From Zygnema circumcarinatum SAG 698-1b (Eukaryota > Plantae > Zygnematophyceae): 64,000 nucleotides of DNA. Location: positions 186,001 to 250,000 of the forward strand of contig CM074818.1 of assembly GCA_037447605.1 (NCBI GenBank). The letters are read 5' to 3'. Position numbers and translations under genes: made by a program. The notes under the pieces are model-generated. The model did no database searches. It was not told where the DNA came from and saw only the letters and a list, made by a program, of their open reading frames with translations. Every line of letters starts with the position of its first letter. Within the stretch, counting starts at the first letter, position 1. This document shows, one piece after another, positions 13,504 to 24,100 of the stretch.

Positions 13504-14069
13504 CGCTGCTCTGCCTTAAAAACAAGAGGCAGAAAAAAAAAGATCTAAAGTAGACAAGCTGTTCAGTACCTCAGCACGTCAAAAAACCTGCTTCAAAATT
13601 TCCTGCAACGATTCAAGCGAGTGATCGACCTCTTCAGACTCAGCTGTTATGCTGTTCTCTGCCCTTCTTTGACAAATCGAGCTTCTCTCCCCCACTCTCT
13701 TCCTCTCTCCCTCTCCCTCTCCCTCCTCTCTCTATCTCTCTCTCGGACCGCTGAGCGGCTGCGCCTTGAGAGGTAGCCAGCCGCCTTTTGGAACCCAAAG
13801 TTGCAAAACCCCTGACCGAAAACTGCAAAACAGAAGCAAAATTTTCAAAGTAAATTCTTTTCTGTTTGATTTTCTGCCCGTGGTCTCGGGCAAGTGGATC
13901 TAACGGTTCATTTTCACCGATTCTGCTGGCCATAGTGCGTAGGGCAGGTGAAAGAGTTCGCGAGCGGGCCCGAAAAAATACGGAATCAAATCAACCAATC
14001 ATAAGCTGCCACGTTTCTGATGACGTGGACATTTAAACGGCGCAAAGTGCCCAAGCTCAAAAAGTGGTA

Positions 14070-14110
14070 TGACGTGGAGCATGACGTGGTGCGTGACGGA
14101 GTTAGTGACG
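14070..14110. promoter_or_regulatory. Four TGACG motifs at exact 12-bp spacing (as-1/ocs-like array)
   Basis: TGACG starts at 14070, 14082, 14094 and 14106. Further TGACGT/ACGT cores lie at ~14008-14028 and 14119-14135. The array is in the divergent intergenic region between ABCF1 and the coiled-coil gene. Confidence 0.6.
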
Positions 14111-15121
14111 CCTTTAATACGTCATCTGACGTGAGACTTTGTCTGTGGTGAACCCTTTTTCTGTTGGAGAACCAAAAGTGTTACCGTACGGTGCTTTTCC
14201 CGTACTGTACCATATCCTTTTTTAACTTTACCGGACCGTACCAAAGATATTTCCAATAGCAAACCAGTTTGACATTTTTCGGTTTCTTGCAAGAAACTGC
14301 AAACAACAAACCGAATTTTGAAATTCTGCCCCCAGTTGCCGCTTTGCCAATTAATAAAAAGCGCCAAAATCCATAGTGCCATTTTTCTGTTAGTCGAGGA
14401 CACATTTGAATCCATGTCCGTTAACGGTCCGCGTGTCACGATTCCATTGGCTCATGCCTACGTGTACCCTTAATTAAGGGGTCAACCGCTCGTGACGTGA
14501 CATCGTTTCATCCCAAAATGGCGTTGGTTGGTTCAAATCCTGCCCACAAAAAAAAATAGAATAAAAAAATTCAAATTCGCACGTGCGGGACTACTGTAGC
14601 CTCTCAGTCTCCTGGGTCTAACGGTTGCTGTTTGTGCGGGAGAGAGGCTGGGGGAGACTGAGAGAGAGGGATAGGGGGAGAGGCAGAGGGGACGAGAGAG
14701 GGAGAGGGAGAGGAAGAGGAAGAGGGAGAGGGAGATGATAGACGAGAGACGGGAGGATTGAGGAATGAGAGCAGCATTTTCTCTTGCTGCTATTACTTTC
14801 GAATGTTCTTGTTTGCTTCGTGAGGCTTATTGCTTAAGCAGCTGAGGGGGCTAAGGAAGGTGCGAGGGAGGAAAGAAATCAAGAAGCGGGAACATATCTC
14901 GATTTGAGGTTTTGTTCTTTTTTCTCCTTGAATCTTTCAATTTCTCACATGCATTGTTAGGATTCTGCGAGGGAGAGGGAGGGAGGGAGTCTAGTAGAAT
15001 GGAGGCTACAATTTGAACGTTTGTAGGGCAAAGGCGCTTTGCTGAAGTGATTGGTTGTTTGTTTTTTTGTTGGATAGGAATGGATTGGCGTTACAGTTGG
15101 TAAGGCATTCCAGGAAGGAGC

Positions 15122-18100
15122 ATGGCCGAGGAAGCAATGGCTGGTCTTAATCATGCAGGCGTTGCAAATGCAGCTGCTGGATTTGGTGAGCGTGCAGGCC
15201 TCAAAATCGCTGCTGCAAGATCTACAAGATCTGACAGGAAACCTGTGCTTGAACCTTCAAACAACGAAGCGTCTAATGGCACAAGCCCTGTCTTGAGAGA
15301 CTTGGATTTTGCAGCGGAGGAAGTAGAGAGAGAAGGTAGAGAGCGCGATGCAGACGGTCGGGCGAGAGAAGGAAAAGAGGCGGCAGTATGGGAGCTGTCC
15401 TTGGTGGCAAGGCAGCAAGACAGGGAGGCGGAAGCGCGAGGGTGGGAAACTGTCGAAGCCATGGATAGAAAGAGGGCCTCTTTTGACATTGATAAAATCG
15501 AAGAAGAGGTTGAGCGAGAAGGGGCTTTGGAGGATCTGCGACGGCGGATAAAGGATGAGAGAGCGGCGTTTGCAGCAGAGCTTGAAAGGAGGAATACTGC
15601 ATTCGCAAGGAAGGAGGCGGACCACCAAGACACACTCCAGCTCTTGCGGGGTCGTGTTAGAGACCTGGAAACGGTGAAAGCAGTAGGTGCTCCATTCTCT
15701 GAAAATGCTGCAGGGAAGGAGGCTTCCAAGGAGGTAGAAAGGCTAATCAAGGATCTGGAAGAGCAGGTCCAGGAGGCGAATGAACAGAGAGAGAAGGAGA
15801 GAATGCGCAGAGAAGCTGCCGTCATTTCAAAGGAGAGCGCCGAGGAAGCCGTTCGCCTTTACAAGAAGAGCATGCATGAATTACAAGCAGAGATGCGCAA
15901 GAAGGAGATGGAGCTAAACCAGGAGCACGAGGAGACAAAAGCCGAATTAGAGATGGAGGTGATGCACTTGACAGAGGTGTTGGAAGAGAGAAATGCCGAA
16001 TTGAGTGAAGAGAAAGAAAGGGCAGCGCAAGCGGGAGAAATAGCGGAGGACGCCATGAAGCTGTATCGCAAGGCGGAGGAGGACAAGGCGAGCATTCAAC
16101 ATTTTGAAGCGGAAGTGCAAGCACTTCGAGAGAGGTTAGCGGAGGAGGAAGAGAAATTGAGAGAAGAGAGGATGGCAGTCAAAGATAGAGAAGAAGAGAT
16201 GGTGCGAGCGTTAGAGGCATTGGAGCAGCAGATTTTAGCCAGTTCGTTAGACCCAAAAGAAGGCAGGGGAAATGAGATGCAGTTTAAGATAGAGATTGAG
16301 CGACTTAAAGCGGAGAAGAATATGTTGGTTCAGGAGAAGCAGAAGTATGAGGAGGAGCTGAGGGAGGTGCTGAGGCGGGAAGGTGAGCTTGAGACCGATT
16401 TTAACAACAAGGAGCAGAAATGGTCTGATAGAATAAGTGAGCTGGAAACAGATAAAGAGGAGGTCACACGGTTTTATGAGGAATGGAAGACAAAGTCTGA
16501 AGAAGAATTTGGCAGCATGAAACATGAAGCCTCAGCACGAAGGCGAGAGTGGCAAGCAGAGAGGAAGCGTCTGGAAGATGCGTTACGGGAGAGAGATAGA
16601 GAGCATGAGCTCCAGAAAAGGGAATGGCAAGAGGAGCTTGCTGAAGGAGAGGCAAGGCTGAAGACTCTTCTCTCTGAGAGGAGAGAATTGGAGGACGAAT
16701 TCGAAAAGCAGGAACTACGGGCAGAGATGGCTGAACGTCAGCTTCTACGGCGAGAACAGAATTGGTCAGAACAAGAGAAACAGCATCTGGAGGAGATAAA
16801 CAATTTAAGGACAGAAAAGAACAAAATCTCGGCTGAGATCCGAGAAGCTTCTCAGTCGTATGAAAAGGTGAGCGAAGAGCTTAATAAAATGGAAGAAGAC
16901 ATAGTACGTCAGAGGGGTTCTTTTGAGCAGCAGAGAGCGGAATGGATGGAAACTGAAAGGGCCCTCCTCATAGTGAATGCTCAGCAGCAGCAGCGATTAC
17001 AACGGGTTACAGATGAGCTTGCATTGCAAGAAAAGCGAGCGGGCGATTTGGCAGGAGAGCTGCTATCTCTACAACTGGAAGGACAGGACACCGGTAAGAA
17101 AATCAATGAGCTGAAAATGCAACTGGAAGAGAGGGAAAAAGAGATCAGGGAAGAGAGGGAAAAATCAGCAAAAGAATTGGAGCTGAAAATGGTGTTGGAA
17201 GAAAAGCTGCAGCGAAGATCTAAGGATGTTGAACGGTTGGAAGGGGATTTAAGCAGGCTCAACGGGGGCGGCCAACTGCAAGGTGCAAAGGGAGATGGAG
17301 GTTCAAAAGTGATGCAGAGTTCTTTGAACGCTCAGGTTGCGAGTGTGATGCAGGAATTGAAACTGAAGGAAGAACAAGTGGAAGAGCTAGAAAAGGAGTT
17401 GGGAAGATCTGGCAAAGAATTGGGGTCGTTGAAGGAAGTGGTAGCAATCAAGGAGAGAGAAGTGGAGAAATTGAGGAAGGAAGCCATAGAAGCGGAGAAA
17501 TTAAGGCGGGAAATGTCAGAGAAAGAGCGTGAAGGATGGAAGTTGCTGAGGGACATGGAGGATAAGGAAAGGGAAGTGAGCGCACTGCAGGAGCAGCTGG
17601 CGGCAAAAGCAGAGAGGGAAGAGAACCTCACTGGCGATTTGCAAATCGCGGAAAGACAGGTTGAGCGAGCTAACGTTGAATTATTGGAGAAAGAGCAGCA
17701 GTTCGTGGAGTTAAAGGAGGAACTAATGAATCTGTACTTGGTCAATGAAAATTTGAAAGCGGAAGGACGGACTGTGTGGGAAGAAGCGCAGGATGCAGTA
17801 GGACGCTTGAAAGAGGAGTTGAAGGCAGCTGAGATGAAGGAGCAAGCACGAGGACAGGAGTACGATGAGCAGAGGCGCTTAGAGATGGAAGAGAGGCTCA
17901 GGGAGGATGAGGAGAGGCAGCGGGAGGGCATCGAGTATGATCTTATCAGCACAGAGGTAAATGTGCTGAGGGTAGATATGGACACTCAGCATCATGAATT
18001 GGTATTGGTCAGGGAGGCGCTGCAGGTGAAGGAGGGCCAACTCAGTGAAAAGATTGAGCAACTTGGAGTGGCCGAAAACGATTTGAACCAAACTAGTGAG

Positions 18101-21100
18101 AATTTACAGAGGGCTCATGGGGAGTTGGATAGGCTAAGAGAAGATGTCAAAAAATTTAATGAGGAAATTGCATCCGTAAGGCAGGCTGAGAAGCTGGAGA
18201 GGGACGCAAAGGAAATAGCTTTGAAAGAAGCAGAGGCTTTGAAAGAACTAGTAAGGGAAACTGCCGAAGGTGAGAAAAAGCTGCAGGTGAAGGTGAAAGA
18301 GTTGCAGAGTGACTTGGGGGCAGCTAAAGAACGAGCAGATACAGCAGAGCAAACTGTATTGATGAAAATGGACGATCTTCGGAAGTCGCTTGAGGATGTT
18401 GAACGGCTGGAGCAGGACGGCGCACAGAAAACGAATTCCCTGTTGAAGGAGAGAGAGGCACGAGCAGCTGCCGAGGCTGAGGTGAGTCGGTTGACAGGCT
18501 TGGTAGCGCGACTGACTCAAGACGTGGGCCGTTTTCAAGAGCGCTTAGAGCAGTCACATCGTGAGATAGGCGAAAAGTTGAAAAACATGGAGGAGTTGAA
18601 CAAAGTCCTTGTCAAACTGTCAGAGGACACAGATAGACTTGAGAGGGAGCTTTCAACAACGCAAGCTGTTATCGTGGAAGAGCGCAAGTTGAAAGAAAAT
18701 GCTGAAGTCAAAGTTGAAAAACTGGAGGGTGAGCTGAAGAATGAAAAGCGGAGTAGGCAAATTCTGCAGACGCAGGCGAGTGAGTTTCAGCAGAAGGTGG
18801 TCGAGGCAGAAAAGAGTAATCTTGAGGTGAAAGCCGTTTGTGCTGCTCTAGAGAAAAACTTGGAAGCCGCTGTAGCGCAAGTAGAAGAGGGCAGCAAGAG
18901 GATCAAGGAATGGGAAGTCAAGTACGCTACACAGAAGGCGGAATATCAGGATCAGATAGATCAGCTGGTGGAGCAGCTGGAAAAAGTGAAGCAAGGAAAC
19001 GTCGTATCGGTGAGAAATGCAACGGAGCTTCAGGGTGATTTAAACGAAATGAGAGCAAGAGCTGAGGCTGCAGAGAAAGCTCTCATTGCGGAACAGCATA
19101 ATTGTCAAAGGGCTATGGACGAAACAAAGCAGCTGGAATTGAAGCTGCAGGAGTATAGTGTAGCCCGAGAGGAATACTTGAGACAAGAAGAGCAGGCACA
19201 GAAGACCATTGCTGCTATGAAGGAGGAATTGGCAGCACTTATTCTGGAGCTTAATCGTATCAAGGAAAAGGAGCGGGCATTGGAAGGACTGATGGCGAAG
19301 GAGAGGGGTGAGAGAGAGGAGGAGCGGGCAACGTTGCAATTGCAGTTGAAAGAGTATGAGATGACCAAGCAAGGGCTGGTAGACAGTCAGGCTAAGGAGA
19401 TGGAAGCTTTGAGGAAGAGAATAGAAGAGCAGTCCAATGAAATAGAAAAAGGGCAGAAATTTAGAGCGAAGACTTCCAAGGAATTAGAGGAGCTGAAGGT
19501 CAATGCAGGGAAGAACCTGGAAGTTGTCCAGAAGTGCTCCAGTCTTGAGAAAGAGTTAGATGAGGCTAGGAAGTCAACAGCAAAGGCCGCCGAAATGGCA
19601 GCCACGAATGAGAAAAAGCTTCGTGAGCAATTGAAGAAGGCGACTGATGAATTGAAGAAGATAAGGCAGTCACGGGAGGCCGACCAAGCTAAGTTGCAGG
19701 ATGCATATAAGGCCATGGAGACTCTAAAGTTACAAGCTGTAAATGCGGAAAATGCCCTCGCGAAGAAGGGTGAGGAGTCGAAGATTGCGTTACGTCAGCT
19801 GGATGACTTCAAGAAGGAGAGGGAAGTGGAGCTGAAGTCGGAATCAATTAAGAAGGCGGAGTTGGAGCAGCGATTAGCGGAACTTGAGAAGCATCTTGCT
19901 GGAAAAACGCTCTTGGAACGAGATGCAAGCGAACAATTAGAGAAGGCAAAGAAAGAGTTAATGGAGACTAAGGAATCGGCATTGAGGGCTGCACAAACGG
20001 CAGTCATGTCTGAGCAAAAGCTCACTGAAAGGCTGAAAATGGCCTCGGAGGAAGTGAAGAAGATAAAGCAGGCATGGAAAACCGATGAGGAGAAGCTGCA
20101 GGATGGCAGTAAGGCTCTGGAGGCCATAAAAAGACAAGCTCTGAACACAGAGAAGGCCCTCGCTGAGAAGGCTGAGGAGTTGGAGATCACGTCAGGTCAG
20201 CTAGAGGAAATCAGAAAGCACACCAAAGAGAGGGAAGAGGAGGCGAAGATGGGGTTGGAAAAGAAGGCAGAGTTGGAGCGGCGGTTGAAGGATCTTGAGC
20301 AGAAGCTGGCAGGAGAAGCTGTAGCGAAGCAGGATGCAAGTCAGGAAACAGAGAAGGCAAAGATGGAAGCCGTAAAGGTAGCAGGTGCAGCGGTACAGTT
20401 GGAGGAGGAGATTCAGATGGAAAAGAAGAAGAATGCTGAGCTTTGGAGGACATTGGTTGAGTCTAGAGAAGAGATCAAGTGCTTAAAAGATGCTGACGCC
20501 AGTTTAGGGCAGAAATGCGATCAGCTCCAATCCGAGCTTGCATCAACAGATGTAAGGTGTAGAGAAGCGGAGAATAAGCTCGTCGTTATAGAAAATTTGC
20601 TAGAAGAAGCAAGGAAGGAGGTAGGGAAGATCAGAGAAGAAGCAGAACTACAATTGCAGGAAAGAAATAAGGCTGAGAATGAAGCGAAGGAGTTGGGGAT
20701 CCGAACGGCGGATCTGCAATTGAGATTCGATGTTATGCGGGCTGAGAGAGATGAAGCTCACAAGGAAGCCCAATCTGTTGCCAGAGCGAAAGTGAAGTTA
20801 GAGGAGGAGGTGAAAAGGAGGCGGACAGAAGTTGAGAAGCTTCAGTCAGAAGTAAAGGACGTAAAGCTGGAACTCTCATCGTTGAAGGAAAGTGGTGCAA
20901 AGGTGAGAATGGAATTGGCGGACGTAAAGAGCAGGGCAGCGAACGTTGAGCTTTCTTTGAAGGCGAAAGAGAAAGAGCTTGCAGGTGTAGCAATTGAAGT
21001 GAGCAATCTGAGGGCAGAGAAAAAGAGTCGAGTGGAGGAGGCTCTCAGAGAGAGAGGGGCGAAAGAGGAGACTAAGCGACACTTGCAAGAAGTGCAGAAT

Positions 21101-24100
21101 CAAGTTAGTCAGCTCGCTGAGGATCAAGAGCAGGCGGAGCAGGAAATTTCTGAGTTAAGGCAGCGATGTGCATCTGGAGAGAAGGCATTTGAAGAAAGGA
21201 GTGGCGAAATGAAGGTACTTCAAACTCAGTTCGAGGGCCTCCTTCGAGAAAAGAAGCAGCTGCAATCTGAATTGAGTACAGCTGAGAGGAGGATAAAAGA
21301 GGCCACAGAAGCAGGTGAGAAGTTACAGACTCAGGTTGAGGTTGCTACAGTTGATCTGCGTACGAAAACAGACAAATACATAATGGAGCAGAAAGTAAAG
21401 GATGCTGAAATCGAAAAGCTGAGGGATGAAGTAGAGAAGTTGAAAGAGGAGCTGGCAGCTTTGACAAAGGCCTTGGAGGACGAAACGACTGAGAAACACA
21501 AGGCAGTGAAAGAAGCACGTCATGAGGTTGAACGTCTGCGGGTTGAGCTTGGAGGAAAAGTTGAAGAGACTGACGAGATTCAGAAAGAAGCAACGCGTCA
21601 AGTAGTGAATGCGACGCAGGAAATGGAGAAATTCAGAAAGGAGCTGACCATCCGGTTGACTATGCTGGAGGAGGAGAAACTAGGGAGGCAGGCGGCAGAG
21701 GCAGAGAAGGTAGCTGTTAAGAGGATGCTCGAAAAGACCAATGAGATACTGGACGGAAAGGAGACGGAGCTCTGGAAAGTAAAGAAGGAGATTGGGAGTG
21801 CTCAAAGGGAAATGGATGACCTTCGAAGTGCGGTGGAAGACCTGGAGAAGTCGGGAAGGAGCAAAGAAAAGCAGTTACTGGAAAAGAGAGAGGAGCTCAT
21901 TATGGTGAGGCAGGAGTTAGAAAGTGTGAAACAGGAATTGAGAGATGCTAGAGAACGGATAGTACAGCAGACGGAAGCCCTCCATCTCCGAGGAAAGGAG
22001 GTGGCTAAGAAGGAGGAACAGCTTGCAGATGTATTGCAGAAGGAGCAGAGTTTGAACTTACAGCATATGCGGAAGGCAAAGGAACTCGAAGAAATGAAGC
22101 ACAGCAATGAACAGTTGGAAATGGAATTGGCGAAGATGAAGAGTGCGCTTGCGGGAGAAGTTGGAACCGTGAAAGAGAGGCTTTCCCAATTTTCGGAAGA
22201 ATTAGAGAAGAGGTCGAGGGAGTGCCTGCAAGAGCGGAATATGAGGGAGGATCTGGAAAAGGAGAGGGATGCCCTGCAATTGGAGAAGGTCGATTTGCAG
22301 AAAGAACTGTCCGTTCTAGAAGAGAAGATGGAAAAATTGGAAGATGAAGTATTGGATCTTCACGATGATCTGCAGAGCAAGCAGGCGGCAATTGAGGAAC
22401 TGGAAGCAGAGGCAAAGAGGCTGCGAAGTCAAGAGCAGAAGTTATTGGAAGAGATAGAGACTCAGGAGGCTGCTAAGAAGGCAGTAGAGAGTGAATTAGC
22501 AACTGAAATAGACGAACTGAATGTACAGCTGGCAGACAGTGATGGGGAGTTGCAAGCCTTACGAGAAGATTACAACACATCGCGTTCCCGTTTTGAAGAA
22601 GAGGTGGAAAAGCTGAAGGAGCTGCTTCGAGTGAGGGAAAGTGATATCAACGAGGCGCGGCAAGAGGTGCAAATGGCTTTAGAGAAGGTGGTTGAAGGAG
22701 AGGAAAAGAGAGGGGCATTGGAAGGGGAGCAAGTAGAACTGAACTCTATGCTTGAGAATATGCACAATGAATTATCAGACACGGCAGCTGCTCTCAGAGA
22801 GATGACAAGTGAGGTTGAACAGTTGCGAGGAAAGAACGCAGACTTAACTTCTCAGCTGAATGCACTAATGGAGGAGGCCACTAGGCGGAAAGGAGAAGAG
22901 GACGAGGCTAACTCTGTCATTCGGCAATCCAAAGACGATGTAAAAAGGTTGGAGAGGGAGTGCACAGCACTTCAGAAGAAGGTCGAAGTTGCTGAGCAGG
23001 ATATTGTGACAAAGAATCAGGAGACTTCAAATCTGCAACGGGTGAATGCTGAACTCCGAGGAAAGGTGAGAGCGCTTGAAGGAGCCAAAGCATCAGCTGA
23101 AACGACTTTGGCTGGACTCTTGGAGGAGATTGAGAAGGTCAAAAATTTCAACAACAGGAAAGCCGAGGAAGAAAGTGGAAATAGCGGCAAGTTAACCACA
23201 GAGATCGAACGGCTGCAGCAGGAAGTAGCTGCCAAGGAGTGGGAGAGGAAAGCAGCTAGAGAGGACTCTCAGAAGAATGAGGCCAAGGCATCGAAGGCTG
23301 AGACAGACAGAGAGAGGCTAAGAGTTGCTTTGAGTCAGGCAGAGGAAAGGATGGCTGAGAAGGAGGCAAGTGTGCAGAGTAAGGATAGAGAGATTGATGC
23401 GTTGCAGATGGCAATGAGGGCGAGGGAAGCAGCTGCCGAAGGGGCACTTGATGAAGAACAGAGAGCAGGAGCTACCACTATCAATCAGCTGAGGACGGAC
23501 TTGGCACGGGCAGAACGTTCTGCTCAGGAAAGTAAGAGTCAATTGAGCAGCACACAGGTAAGTTTGGCACATTCGCAGAAGAGAATCTCAGAGATGCAGG
23601 AGGATTTGGCAAAAGCATGGGCAGAGATGGCGGCCATGAGAAGTCAGATGGGGGAGATGATGACAAGTGGAACAAAGCTGGAGGTTTTAGTGAGGGAGAA
23701 GGAAGGACAGCTGCAGCGGGAGAGGGCATTGAGAGTTCAGGAGGTGGAAGAGAGGGAGAAGACATGGGCGAGGAAGCTGGAGGATAGGGAGAGAGTTGAT
23801 GCGCAGGAGAGAGAGACTCTTCAGGAGGAAGTTGAGCGACTCTTAAATAGGGAAAGAGAAGAGTATGCGAGTTTGTTGAACCAGGAGAGGCAGAATATGT
23901 TCAGAGGGAAGGAGTTGGAGCAGCAACAGTGGAGGGAGAGGGAGATGGAATTTCTGAAAAAGGTTCAGGAGTTAGGAGTTCAGCTTCAAGCAATGCAAGT
24001 TCGGCTGCAAGACTTGAGCGCAAAGGAACAGGCATGGCAGCAGCAGGAGAAGGAGTGGGTTCGTCGTATCCGAGACGGAGAGGCGAAGGAGAAGGAGTTG

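Noticed and set aside
13640-13933. 97-aa minus-strand ORF upstream of ABCF1 (possible uORF)
   Set aside because: It has no recognisable motif, runs through a GA-rich simple repeat, and its ATG may lie upstream of the transcription start.
14467-14480. 14-bp palindrome CCCTTAATTAAGGG
   Set aside because: It is isolated and short, with no TSD or partner repeat to support an element or terminator.
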